Shown piece by piece: positions 25,718 to 35,101 of a stretch of DNA of 39,400 bases. This stretch comes from Hyphomicrobiaceae bacterium (lineage in GTDB: Bacteria; Pseudomonadota; Alphaproteobacteria; Rhizobiales; Hyphomicrobiaceae). The position numbers and the translations under genes are program-made. Positions within the stretch are counted from its first letter, which is position 1, and every line of letters begins with the position of its first letter. The stretch lies in the NCBI GenBank assembly GCA_031417455.1, contig JANOVN010000493.1, positions 1-39,400 on the forward strand, given 5' to 3'. The notes beneath the pieces were generated by a model. That model was not told where the DNA came from and did no database searches. It worked only from the letters and a program-made list of their open reading frames with translations.

Positions 25718-27940
25718 TTAAAGGTTATGTCCCAACGGCTTATAGCCGAACCAGATCGCGTTTGCCGTCACCGTGATCGACGAAACCGACATCGCAACCG
25801 CTGCAATCAGCGGCGTCACAACGCCCATCATCGCGAGTGGTACGAAGATGACGTTATACCCGATGGCAATGGCAAAGTTGGCAATCGCCGCCCGGTGCGC
25901 CGCTTTTGCAACCGCTAGAATCTCAACCAGCGGTCCAAGCTTGGAGCCCTGGAAGATGACGTCGGATGCCATCTGGCTGATGTCGGTCGCAGTCGACGGC
26001 GCCACGGAAGCATGTCCCGCCGCAAGCGCTGGCGCATCGTTGAGCCCGTCGCCGACCATCAACACGTGACGCCCGGTCTTCTTCAAATTCTCGATCCGGG
26101 CGGCCTTCGCGTCGGGCCGCAACTCGGCCTGCCAATCTGCGATCCCGCTTGCCGCCGCTGCCGCCGAAACAATGGCCTTGCGATCGCCAGACAACAGCTC
26201 GATTCTGTAGGAGCGCGCCAGCTTGGCAATCGTCGCGCTGGCATCCTCGCGCAGCGGATCGTCGAACCTGAATGCAATCGGCGCATCGAGCCCCGAACAC
26301 AGCCACAGCGCAGGCCGCCCTTCGTCCGCTTGCGCGACCCCGCAAAACGCCGCCGACCCGAGCTTCGTCTCGACGCCGCCAACAACTGCCCGCAAGCCTG
26401 ACCCGGCAATCTCTTCGACGCCAGGCGTCGGCAAGGCCGTGACGCCACGATCACGGCTGGCCCGCACGATGGCCCGAGAATACGGATGCCGACTGTTTGC
26501 CGCCAATCCCGCCGCCTTCACGAGCGCTGCCGTATCGACACTCGAACCCGCCTCAAGTCGCGGCTCGCCCAGAGTGAGCGTTCCCGTCTTGTCGAGAATG
26601 ATCGTGTCGACTTCGCTAAGCCGTTCCAGCCCGTCGGGCGCCTTGACGATAATGCCATGTTTGAACAGCCGACCGATGGCTGCGACCTGGACCGCTGGAA
26701 CCGCCAGCGCCAGCGCGCACGGACAAGTAATAATGAGGACCGCAATCGCAGCCGTCAGCGCCTTTTCCCAGCCATAGCCCAGATACAGCCAAGCGAGGAA
26801 CGTCGACAGCCCGAGAACATGGACCGCCGGTGCATAGAGCCGTGCTGCACGGTCGGCGAGCCGCACATAACGCCCGCGCGCCTGTTCGGCGGTGTGCATA
26901 AGCCGCGTGATCTCGGCCAGCAGCGTATTTTCTTCGCATGCCGTTGCCACCGCTTCGATGGGCCCAGACAGGTTGATCGTGCCCGCATACAACCCGTCGC
27001 CCGCCGTGACCTTGCGCGGATGCGTTTCCCCGGTAATTAGGCTTTCATCCATCTCGGCAATGCCGCGCGACAGCCGTGCGTCGACTGGAACCCGTTCGCC
27101 AGCCGCGATCAGCAACGCCATCCCGGGCCGCACTTCGCGCGTGGCAATCCGTTCTGAACCGCCGTCCGCGTTCAAAATCGTCGTCGCGGGGCTCACCAGC
27201 CCCAGCAAGTTCGCCGCCGCACTCGTCGCCTCGCGGCGCATCCGTTGATCCAGCGCCCGCCCGATCAGCAGAAAAAACAACAGCGACACGGCGGCGTCGA
27301 AATACACCTGCTCGCTGTGCACAGTCGTCTGATAAATGCTCATGCCCGTCGCCAGAAGCACCCCCAGCGAAATCGGCACGTCCATATTGACCCGGCCGTT
27401 TTTCAGCGCCCCAAGGGCCGATGAAAAGAACGGCACTCCGGCGTAGGCGACGGCTGGCACCGCGATGGCAGCCGACAGCCAGTGCATCAGCGTCTGCAGC
27501 GAGGCGTCCATCTCGCCTGTCCGGCCAGCCCACACCGCAACCGACAGCAGCATGATGTTGGCTGACGCAAAGCCCGCAACCGCCAAGCGCTTGACCAGAC
27601 CCGTATCGCGATCGTCAGGCTCGCTGCCAGCTCCATCCGGCGGCAACTCCCGGGCTGGATATCCAGCCACCCGCAACGTCTCGATCAGCGGTTCGGATGT
27701 GATCTTTGCTTGTGGCTTGATGACGACGCTGACCCGCCGCGCCGAAAGATTGGCCCGCGCCGATACGACATCGGGCAGGGCTGCCAACGCGGTCTCGACC
27801 TTGCGGATGCAGTTCCCGCAATTCATGTTCTCGACCAACAGCGTCATCACGCTGCCATGCGCGGATGGTTCGTTTGTCCGCTCAGCCGCAACAGGAACGG
27901 CAACCGGCGCAACGGCGTCAAGTCTTACGGCGTCAGCCAT
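25718..27940 (-). CDS. ccoI: Copper-translocating P1B-type ATPase CcoI/FixI
   Basis: HMA domain with MNCGNC, TM CPC motif (ITCPCALALA), phosphorylation site DKTGTLT, hinge VGDGLNDAPAL. Positioned between ccoH and ccoS. Confidence 0.95.
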   Translation of the reverse strand: MADAVRLDAVAPVAVPVAAERTNEPSAHGSVMTLLVENMNCGNCIRKVETALAALPDVVSARANLSARRVSVVIKPQAKITSEPLIETLRVAGYPARELPPDGAGSEPDDRDTGLVKRLAVAGFASANIMLLSVAVWAGRTGEMDASLQTLMHWLSAAIAVPAVAYAGVPFFSSALGALKNGRVNMDVPISLGVLLATGMSIYQTTVHSEQVYFDAAVSLLFFLLIGRALDQRMRREATSAAANLLGLVSPATTILNADGGSERIATREVRPGMALLIAAGERVPVDARLSRGIAEMDESLITGETHPRKVTAGDGLYAGTINLSGPIEAVATACEENTLLAEITRLMHTAEQARGRYVRLADRAARLYAPAVHVLGLSTFLAWLYLGYGWEKALTAAIAVLIITCPCALALAVPAVQVAAIGRLFKHGIIVKAPDGLERLSEVDTIILDKTGTLTLGEPRLEAGSSVDTAALVKAAGLAANSRHPYSRAIVRASRDRGVTALPTPGVEEIAGSGLRAVVGGVETKLGSAAFCGVAQADEGRPALWLCSGLDAPIAFRFDDPLREDASATIAKLARSYRIELLSGDRKAIVSAAAAASGIADWQAELRPDAKAARIENLKKTGRHVLMVGDGLNDAPALAAGHASVAPSTATDISQMASDVIFQGSKLGPLVEILAVAKAAHRAAIANFAIAIGYNVIFVPLAMMGVVTPLIAAVAMSVSSITVTANAIWFGYKPLGHNL

Positions 27941-28455
27941 AGCCTTTTCCTCAAACGATAAAGCGGCTCGCCTTCGCTGCCTGCTGTCGGCACAGCCGCC
28001 GCAGCGATGACCCAGCCTCCAGCCCCGAGCGCTGCGCCGGTGGCCTCGTATTGCCCCGGCAGAGTTTCGGAAAACGTCAGCGTCCGGTCCTCAGTGTCCG
28101 TTGTGGGACGCCCAATCGTTGCCGTCACTTTGAGGTCGGTCACAGGCTGGTTGTCAAAGGCCTTGAAGGTCAGCTTGGCGTGACCCTCTTTGCCGACATC
28201 GACGTCGACATTCCACTTGAGATCGGCCTGGCGTTGGTCGGCTGCGATCCGCTTGTTGTATGTGAGGCCTTTGCGATAGGGCTCCTGCGATACCACGCCG
28301 GTATAGGTTCTGGTCGCCGCCACCGCGAAGTAAATGTTCACGGCAAAGATAACGCCGAAAAATGCGATCAGCGAGACCAGCACCGCGCGTCCGGTCAACT
28401 CCCGTGCAGGCTTTGAGCCCTTGGGCTCTTCGGGGGGCATGTTCATATCTTTCAT
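27925..28455 (-). CDS. ccoH: FixH/CcoH family cbb3 assembly protein
   Basis: RELTGRAVLVSLIAFFGVIFAVNIYF TM anchor followed by a periplasmic domain. ATG 28455 lies 1 nt after the ccoG stop. Overlaps the ccoI start by 16 nt. Confidence 0.85.
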   Translation of the reverse strand: MKDMNMPPEEPKGSKPARELTGRAVLVSLIAFFGVIFAVNIYFAVAATRTYTGVVSQEPYRKGLTYNKRIAADQRQADLKWNVDVDVGKEGHAKLTFKAFDNQPVTDLKVTATIGRPTTDTEDRTLTFSETLPGQYEATGAALGAGGWVIAAAAVPTAGSEGEPLYRLRKRLWLTP

Positions 28456-28456
28456 G

Positions 28457-29977
28457 TTACCGCTCCGGTATCTGGAAATGAATCGCACGCGCGCTTTCAT
28501 CGCCGCTCTTGATGTCTTTCAGTAGCATTTTGAACGACACCGAGCGATTGGCAAGCTTGGCAACCTCGTCGCGCGGCACGCTGACCAGCACGCGCACTTC
28601 GCGCACGGTGTCCGTCGGCACGATCAATGTTGCGCCCTTGCCCGCGTCGGCGCCAATGACGCTGATCGTGGCGCCCGGTAGACCAGACGTTGAGATCACC
28701 ATCTCGCGCGGCTCATACCGCTTGTTGAGCAGTTTGACCGTATAGGCGTTGCGCACGCCGCCATCCGACAACTGGACAAAAGGCGGATTGCGATCATGCA
28801 ACGCGTTGATCTCAACCAGCGAGCGATGGAGCCAAGCGGTCAGCAAGATCGCCGAAACCAGCGCCAGCACGCCCGCATACAAGATTGTGCGTGGCCGTAC
28901 GAGCTGGAATGACTCATGCTGCCCGCACGCCTCGGCTTCCTGCTTGGCGACCGTGTCGTAAGCAATGAGCCCCTGCGGGCGGCCCACTTTCTTCATGATG
29001 TCGTTGCAAGCGTCTATGCACAGCGCGCATTGAATGCACTCAAGCTGCGACCCGTCGCGGATGTCGATCCCGGCCGGACACACGACCACGCAGGCGTTGC
29101 AGTCGATGCAGTCCCCGCGGCCGTCCCAGGTGTCGCCCTTCTTGTGCGGCCCGCGCGGCTCACCCCGCTCTGGGCGGTAACCGACCAGCAGCGTATGCCG
29201 GTCCGTCATCGCAGCCTGGATGCGGGGCCAGGGGCACATATACGTGCAGACCTGTTCGCGCGAGAGGCCACCGAAAACATATGTCGTCGCGGCAAAAATC
29301 CCGAGGAACACGTACGCGTAATAGGGCGCCGTACCGGTCACAAGTTCACGCGCGAGCGTGGGCGCATCGCGGAAATAAAACACCAGCGCGCCGCCCGTCA
29401 GCAAGCCGACCGCCATCCACGACAGATGAGTCATCGTCTTGCGATAGATCTTGATGGGAACCCAACGCATCTTGTCGAGGCGCAGCCGCTCGTTACGGTC
29501 ACCCTGCCAGAAGCGCTCCAGCGAAATCATCAAATCGGTCCACACCGTCTGCGGACAAGCATACCCGCACCACACGCGGCCAGCGACCGCTGTGAACAGG
29601 AACAGCGCGAGCGCGGAGACGATCAGCAGTCCGGTGATGTAATAGAATTCCTGCGGCCAGATTTCGAGGAAGAACGCGAAGTAGCGATTGTGCTCAAGGT
29701 CGATCAGCACGGCCTGATTGGGCAAATCCGGCCCGCGATCCCAACGGACCCACGGCAGCACATAATAGATGCCGAGCGTGACGATCATCACCGCCCACTT
29801 CAGCGAGCGGAACGTGCCGTGCGCTTCCTTGGGGTGGATCGCAATACGGCCGACGTACGACAGCCGGTCTGGCCGCGCGGCCTTGCTGTTGACGGGCTTG
29901 ACGTCATAGCGCGCGACACCGGGCGAGGCCTGTTCTGGGGCTGTGTGGATGAAGTCGTCGGGCTTAAGTGTGGTCAT
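28457..29977 (-). CDS. ccoG: cbb3 oxidase accessory ferredoxin CcoG/FixG
   Basis: Five TM helices plus two 4Fe-4S motifs (CIDCNACVVVCP and CIQCALCIDACN), and a C-terminal FixG-type Ig-like domain. Confidence 0.95.
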   Translation of the reverse strand: MTTLKPDDFIHTAPEQASPGVARYDVKPVNSKAARPDRLSYVGRIAIHPKEAHGTFRSLKWAVMIVTLGIYYVLPWVRWDRGPDLPNQAVLIDLEHNRYFAFFLEIWPQEFYYITGLLIVSALALFLFTAVAGRVWCGYACPQTVWTDLMISLERFWQGDRNERLRLDKMRWVPIKIYRKTMTHLSWMAVGLLTGGALVFYFRDAPTLARELVTGTAPYYAYVFLGIFAATTYVFGGLSREQVCTYMCPWPRIQAAMTDRHTLLVGYRPERGEPRGPHKKGDTWDGRGDCIDCNACVVVCPAGIDIRDGSQLECIQCALCIDACNDIMKKVGRPQGLIAYDTVAKQEAEACGQHESFQLVRPRTILYAGVLALVSAILLTAWLHRSLVEINALHDRNPPFVQLSDGGVRNAYTVKLLNKRYEPREMVISTSGLPGATISVIGADAGKGATLIVPTDTVREVRVLVSVPRDEVAKLANRSVSFKMLLKDIKSGDESARAIHFQIPER

Positions 29978-30119
29978 GCGTTCAGTGGCCTTATGGCAAA
30001 TGTCGGCCCCGACCAGATGCTGGCATCAACGATTGCGTCCACAAACCCAGCAAGCGCGAGATCACGCCGGGACGTGCCGCGTATTCGCCAACAAGTAGGG
30101 TCCCGGCTTGGACCGCGCC

Positions 30120-30133
30120 CTGATCGAGATCAA
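30120..30133. promoter_or_regulatory. Near-consensus FixK/FNR-like box (minus strand TTGATctcgATCAg, one mismatch), 143-156 bp upstream of the ccoG start
   Basis: Read directly in the 323-bp ccoP-ccoG spacer. Confidence 0.4.
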
Positions 30134-30258
30134 TGTTTGACGCAGCTTCGCCATCCAGCGCTTTTGCGTCGGCCTCTGCCTGAGCCTGGGCGCACGCGAT
30201 GGCTAAGCCTGTTCCGCAGCAGCACATTGGAGGGGTGAGCCTTCTTATGAAATGAAAT

Positions 30259-30284
30259 GGTCCCGGCCTTTGCAATCAGGGACC
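30259..30284 (-). terminator. Hairpin GGTCCC-N14-GGGACC followed on the minus strand by ATTTCATTTCAT; candidate terminator after ccoP
   Basis: 6-bp inverted repeat read directly. Short stem, large loop. Confidence 0.3.
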
Positions 30285-30300
30285 CTGAGTGGCACGGAAA

Positions 30301-31170
30301 TTACTTCCCGCCACCCAGGCTGTGGACGTAGACAGCGAGCGATTTGATCGTGGTCTTGTCGAGACGATCACCCCAGGCCGGCATCACGCCGTTGCGGCCA
30401 TTTTCAATGGTCAGCCGCAGCGACTTGGGATCGTTGCCGTAAAGCGAGATGGCGTCGGTCAGGTTGGGCGCGCCCATTTCCTGGTTACCCTTGCCGTCCG
30501 CGCCATGGCACGAGGCGCACTGCTCGGCAAACACCGTCTTGCCCTTGGCCACCTTAGCGACATCGCCGCCCGGCTTCGAAAGGCTCGACACGTACGCGAC
30601 CGTAGCGTCGATCTCATCCAGCTTCAGGATCTTATCGACCCCAAAGCGTGGCATTTGACTGACGCGCGTGTCCTTATGGTCGGAACGAATCCCGTACATA
30701 AGGGTCTTCTCGATGTCTTCGATCTTGCCGCCCCACAACCAATCGTCGTCGTTGAGGTTGGGATATCCCGGCGCTCCTTGCGCACCGCGTCCGTGACACG
30801 GCCCGCAGTTGGTCTGGAACGATGCCGAACCAGCAGCGGTTGCAAAGCGCAGCAGCTCGGGGTTCTTGGCAACCTCGGCCAGCGGCGTCGCTTCCAGTTG
30901 TTTGCGGAACGCGTCCTGAGCCGTATGGGCCGATGCTATGGCAGCTGTCACCGCCCCGCGCTCGCTGTAGTTCAACGAGCCCTTGAGGTAGCCGTTCGCC
31001 GTCGGCCAGGACGGGTAGAAATACCAAAACCCGAACGCCCAGACGATACACGCATAGAACGACCACAGCCACCAGCGCGGCAGCGGGTTGTTCAGTTCGC
31101 GAATATCATCATCCCAGACGTGCGTGGTCGTCTCAACGCCGGAGATTTCATCGATATGCTTCTTACTCAT
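30301..31170 (-). CDS. ccoP: cbb3-type cytochrome c oxidase subunit P (diheme cytochrome c)
   Basis: N-terminal TM helix with WWLWSFYACIVWA. Two heme motifs, CGPCHG and CASCHG. ATGA overlap with the ccoQ stop. Confidence 0.95.
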   Translation of the reverse strand: MSKKHIDEISGVETTTHVWDDDIRELNNPLPRWWLWSFYACIVWAFGFWYFYPSWPTANGYLKGSLNYSERGAVTAAIASAHTAQDAFRKQLEATPLAEVAKNPELLRFATAAGSASFQTNCGPCHGRGAQGAPGYPNLNDDDWLWGGKIEDIEKTLMYGIRSDHKDTRVSQMPRFGVDKILKLDEIDATVAYVSSLSKPGGDVAKVAKGKTVFAEQCASCHGADGKGNQEMGAPNLTDAISLYGNDPKSLRLTIENGRNGVMPAWGDRLDKTTIKSLAVYVHSLGGGK

Positions 31171-31343
31171 GGCTTGCCCCCGCCGTCAGAGTTCCCTTTG
31201 AGGTCCAGCGCCTTTCGCTGCACCTCGTCGAACACCGGCCCATTGCTGGGCCACAGTGCGTAGGCGACGATGGCAAGAAACATGGCGACGAACATCAACA
31301 GCGAAGTCACCTGGCTGAAAGTAGCAACAGTTTCGTAGGTCAT
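31167..31343 (-). CDS. ccoQ: cbb3-type cytochrome c oxidase subunit Q (58 aa)
   Basis: MTYETVATFSQVTSLLMFVAMFLAIVAYALWPSN, a single TM helix. GAGGAG lies upstream of ATG 31343. Positioned between ccoO and ccoP. Confidence 0.8.
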   Translation of the reverse strand: MTYETVATFSQVTSLLMFVAMFLAIVAYALWPSNGPVFDEVQRKALDLKGNSDGGGKP

Positions 31344-31353
31344 GGTGCTCTCC

Positions 31354-32088
31354 TCAGCGCAGGTTTGGACCGCTGGCGTCGAAGGTCGTGAAGTCGACCA
31401 TCTGGCCAAGGATCTGGAGGTAGGCGATCAAGGCGTCCATTTCGCTCGGCTCGGTTCCAGGCTTCCCGTCGAACTTGCCGACCTTCGCTTTGGGATACCG
31501 TTTGAGCAACTCGCGCGCCCCTTTGCTGTCGGGATCGATCTGCGCCGCCACGTCGGCTTTGACGTTCGCAATCATCTCTTCGGTGTAAGGCACGCCCACG
31601 ATCTTCAGAGTCTTGGTGCGGTCGGTCAGATCGCGCGTGTCGAGCTTGTTTTGTGACAGCCATGGGTAACCGGGCATGATGCTCTCGGGCACGAGTGCAC
31701 GAGGGTTGATCAGGTGGTCGGCCTGCCATTGGTCGGAGTACTTGCCACCGACACGGGCAAGGTCTGGCCCCGTCCGCTTCGAGCCCCACTGGAACGGATG
31801 GTCGTACATGCTTTCTGCGGCGAGGCTGTAGTGGCCGTAGCGTTCGACTTCGTCCCGCAACGTGCGGATCATCTGAGAGTGGCAATTGTAGCAACCCTCG
31901 CGCACGTAGATATCGCGTCCGGCCTGCTCAAGTGGTGTGTAGGGCCTCATGCCCTTTACTTTTTCGATTGTGCTGTCGACCCAAAACAGCGGGGCGATCT
32001 GGACCATCCCCCCGATCGACACCATGACAAGGATGCCGACCAGCAAGATGATTGAGTTCTTTTCGAAGATTCCGTGGTTCATGATCAT
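31354..32088 (-). CDS. ccoO: cbb3-type cytochrome c oxidase subunit O (monoheme)
   Basis: [11 protein letters not shown] anchor, heme motif [10 protein letters not shown], conserved [15 protein letters not shown]. Confidence 0.95.
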   Translation of the reverse strand: MIMNHGIFEKNSIILLVGILVMVSIGGMVQIAPLFWVDSTIEKVKGMRPYTPLEQAGRDIYVREGCYNCHSQMIRTLRDEVERYGHYSLAAESMYDHPFQWGSKRTGPDLARVGGKYSDQWQADHLINPRALVPESIMPGYPWLSQNKLDTRDLTDRTKTLKIVGVPYTEEMIANVKADVAAQIDPDSKGARELLKRYPKAKVGKFDGKPGTEPSEMDALIAYLQILGQMVDFTTFDASGPNLR

Positions 32089-32093
32089 CTTCT

Positions 32094-33749
32094 CTATTGC
32101 GCTGGAGCAAGACGGAACTCGGGAGCCGCCGCAACGCGGGGCTGATCGGCGAGGTCGGTGATTGCGTCACCACGGATGGTGCGCCAGACGTTGTAGGCCA
32201 TGATCAGCGAGCCAAAGATAAACAGCAGGCCGCCAATGGCGCGGATCACGTAGTAGGGTTTCATCGCTTCCACTGTTTCGATGAACGAGTATTGGAGGAA
32301 GCCGAGCTTGTCGTACGCGCGCCACATCAAGCCCTGCGTGATACCCGAGACCCACATCGCGGTGATGTAGAGCAAGATACCGATCGTCGAGAGCCAGAAG
32401 TGCCATTCGACCAGCTTGAGCGAATAAAGGCCTTCACGCTTCCATAGCCACGGAACGAGACAGTAAATCGCGCCGAACGACACCATGGCAACCCAGCCAA
32501 GAGCGCCCGAATGCACGTGACCGATCGTCCAGTCCGTGTAGTGCGACAGCGAGTTGACCGACTTGATGCTCATCAGCGGGCCTTCGAACGTCGACATGCC
32601 ATAGAAAGCCACCGAAACGACGAGCAGGCGGACGACGGGGTCGGTACGCAGCTTGTCCCATGCGCCCGAAAGCGTCATCAGACCGTTGATCATCCCGCCC
32701 CACGACGGCATCCACAGCATGATCGAGAAGGTCATGCCCAGGGTCTGCGCCCAATCGGGAAGTGCGGTGTAGTGCAAGTGGTGGGGACCTGCCCAGATGT
32801 ACAGGAAGATCAGTGTCCAGAAGTGGACGATGGACAACCGGTACGAATAAACCGGACGTTCGACGCGCTTGGGTATGAAGTAGTACATGATCCCAAGGAA
32901 GCCTGCCGTCAGGAAGAACCCAACCGCGTTGTGGCCGTACCACCACTGCGTCATCGCATCCTGAACGCCGGAATAGATGATGTAGCTCTTAGGTTCGGTG
33001 AAGCTGACCGGAACCATCGCATTGTTCACCAAATGCAGCATCGCCACGGTGACGATGAATGCGAGATAGAACCAGTTCGCAACGTAGATGTGCGGTTCCT
33101 TACGCTTGGCCAGTGTAGCAAGGAACACCAGCAGGTAAGTCACCCAGATGATGGTCAGGAAAATGTCGGCATACCACTCGGGTTCTGCGTATTCCTTGCC
33201 CTGCGTAATGCCGAGCAGATAACCCGTTCCGGCCACCGCGATGAACAGCTGATAGCCATATGCGATAAACCAGGGCGACCAGCGTCCGGCAAGCCGTGCG
33301 TGGCTCGTGCGCTGAACGACGTAAAACGATGTGGCGATTAACACGTTGCCGCCGAACGCGAAGATCACCGCAGACGTATGCAGCGGACGCAACCGGCCAA
33401 AACTGATCCAGGGCAAATCGAAGTTCAGCATCGGCAGCGCAAGCTGCCAAGCGAGAATGTCGCCCACAAGGAACCCAGCGATTCCCCAAAAGATGGCAGC
33501 GATTGTGCAGACTTTGATCGGGCCATCCAAATATGCGGTCGTCGACGCGGTCTCGGCTTTGCCAAAACCAGTATTGAAGGCCCAAGCGATCCAGAGCCCG
33601 GCGGCAGCCGCCAGGAGTATTGCGTGAAACGCCATGGCGTTGTCGTGTGTCTTCATCGCGACGTAAATGCCGATCGCTGCGGCAACAAACCCGCCGACGA
33701 TGGCCATCATGTCGGCGAAGGTATTCCGCTCGACAGCAGTATTCGGCAT
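32094..33749 (-). CDS. ccoN: cbb3-type cytochrome c oxidase catalytic subunit N
   Basis: About 551 aa from ATG 33749 (GGGGAG upstream). 12+ TM helices, with heme-copper His ligand contexts such as [19 protein letters not shown] and [13 protein letters not shown]. Confidence 0.95.
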   Translation of the reverse strand: MPNTAVERNTFADMMAIVGGFVAAAIGIYVAMKTHDNAMAFHAILLAAAAGLWIAWAFNTGFGKAETASTTAYLDGPIKVCTIAAIFWGIAGFLVGDILAWQLALPMLNFDLPWISFGRLRPLHTSAVIFAFGGNVLIATSFYVVQRTSHARLAGRWSPWFIAYGYQLFIAVAGTGYLLGITQGKEYAEPEWYADIFLTIIWVTYLLVFLATLAKRKEPHIYVANWFYLAFIVTVAMLHLVNNAMVPVSFTEPKSYIIYSGVQDAMTQWWYGHNAVGFFLTAGFLGIMYYFIPKRVERPVYSYRLSIVHFWTLIFLYIWAGPHHLHYTALPDWAQTLGMTFSIMLWMPSWGGMINGLMTLSGAWDKLRTDPVVRLLVVSVAFYGMSTFEGPLMSIKSVNSLSHYTDWTIGHVHSGALGWVAMVSFGAIYCLVPWLWKREGLYSLKLVEWHFWLSTIGILLYITAMWVSGITQGLMWRAYDKLGFLQYSFIETVEAMKPYYVIRAIGGLLFIFGSLIMAYNVWRTIRGDAITDLADQPRVAAAPEFRLAPAQ

Positions 33750-33867
33750 GAATGCTCCCCGTTTCTTGGAAAGGTTGGTCGTCGAATGCGCAGGAATGCG
33801 GAGCGTAACCGTGGGAATCCCATCCGGTTGACTACGGAACATGAACCGCCTGCCATGACGGGCGTCG

Positions 33868-33881
33868 TTGATGCACATCAA
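33868..33881. promoter_or_regulatory. Perfect palindromic FixK/FNR box TTGATgcacATCAA, about 120-130 bp upstream of the ccoN ATG
   Basis: Exact TTGAT-N4-ATCAA match. fixNOQP/ccoNOQP promoters are classical FixK/FNR class II targets. Confidence 0.75.
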
Positions 33882-34175
33882 CAAGCCGGGGCCTGCTCCG
33901 TGGCTTTGTGGTCGCATCGGGGCATAAATGTGACATCAGAATGCACAGCCACTTGCCGCCTCGCGTGATGTGTTTCAAGGATTTAACCGCGACGATGCGA
34001 CGTGTGGTGTGCGAGCCCGGGTTGTGACCTAAACGCTTCATTCGCCCAAATGACGAGGGCGAAGAACGGTTTTGCGTTTCAAAACGCTCGATGTCGCGCC
34101 CGCTGGTGCCGTTCGAAAATTGGTGCAAGGATTGACCACGCGAGCCGTCAAGCTTGCCCAGGATGCGGTGGCGCA

Positions 34176-35099
34176 ATGGACTTCTATCTTCCGATCGCCG
34201 AAACGGCTGCGAACATCTTCGTATACATCGGCATGGGTGCGGCCGTCGGCTTTCTGTCGGGCATGTTCGGCGTTGGCGGTGGCTTTCTCATCACCCCGCT
34301 GTTGATGCTGACCGGCATACCATCTGCGGTGGCCGTCGGCACCGGCTCGGCCCAGGTCGTCGCGTCCTCGGTCTCGGGCACCATCGCGCAATTCCGCCGC
34401 AACAATGTCGACTTTAAAATGGGCCTCGTGCTGTTCGTTGGCGGGCTGATCGGTGCCGTTTTAGGGGTTCAGCTCGTCAGCGTGCTGCGCAAGGCGGGCC
34501 AGTTCGACGTCTTCGTATCCATGAGCTACGTGTTCTTCCTTGGCTCGGTGGGAACATTGATGTTGATCGAGAGCCTGTCGACGCTGCGGCAGGTAAAAGC
34601 TGGCACCCAGCCCAAGCGCGACCGCGGCCATGAGGGCTGGATCCACGCGCTGCCGTTGAAGATGCGCTTCCACCGTTCCAAACTTTACATGAGCGTGATC
34701 CCGCCGCTCGTGATCGGTGCCTTCGTTGGGCTGTTATCGGCAATCATGGGTGTGGGCGGCGGCTTCATCATGGTGCCGGCCATGATCTATCTGATGAAGA
34801 TGCCAACCAACGTCGTCATCGGAACGTCTCTGTTTCAGATCGGCTGCGTCACCGCCCTGACCACGGTCCTCCAGGCCGTAAGCAACCACAACGTCGACAT
34901 CGTCCTCGCCTTCCTGCTGATGATCGGTGCTGTCACCGGGGCCGAATTCGGCGCATCCGCTGGCCAGCATCTGCGGGGAGAGCAACTACGCTTTCTCCTG
35001 GCGGCAATTGTGCTGCTGGTCTCGGCCCGCATGGCCTATGACCTCGTCGTGACCCCTGCCGAAATCTATTCGACCGTCTTCCACAAGGAGGGGCGGTGA
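34176..35099 (+). CDS. TauE/SafE (DUF81) family anion exporter/permease
   Basis: Two-fold repeated 4-TM architecture with GMFGVGGGFLITPLL and AIMGVGGGFIMVPAMIY motifs. The ORF-track extension upstream of ATG 34176 is not protein-like. Confidence 0.85.
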   Translation: MDFYLPIAETAANIFVYIGMGAAVGFLSGMFGVGGGFLITPLLMLTGIPSAVAVGTGSAQVVASSVSGTIAQFRRNNVDFKMGLVLFVGGLIGAVLGVQLVSVLRKAGQFDVFVSMSYVFFLGSVGTLMLIESLSTLRQVKAGTQPKRDRGHEGWIHALPLKMRFHRSKLYMSVIPPLVIGAFVGLLSAIMGVGGGFIMVPAMIYLMKMPTNVVIGTSLFQIGCVTALTTVLQAVSNHNVDIVLAFLLMIGAVTGAEFGASAGQHLRGEQLRFLLAAIVLLVSARMAYDLVVTPAEIYSTVFHKEGR

Positions 35100-35101
35100 C
35101 G

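Noticed and set aside
28916-30238. 440-aa plus-strand ORF
   Set aside because: Antisense to ccoG, which has unmistakable 4Fe-4S motifs. Its composition is Arg/Asp/His-rich and unlike real proteins.
29991-30275. 94-aa ORF between ccoP and ccoG with a striking MCCCGTG start (internal ATG around 30227), considered as a possible Cu/metal-binding peptide
   Set aside because: No SD: a CTCC sequence precedes the ATG. It begins inside or next to the ccoP terminator-like hairpin. The FixK-like box for ccoG (30120-30133) lies inside it, so the ccoGHIS transcript probably starts downstream of its start codon. No family was recognised.
30289-30304. Sigma-54-like TGGCAC-N5-TTAC on the plus strand
   Set aside because: It has one mismatch in the -12 element, overlaps the ccoP stop codon, and would only drive antisense transcription into ccoP. 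Most likely chance.
30289-31263. 324-aa plus-strand ORF
   Set aside because: Antisense shadow of ccoP and ccoQ.
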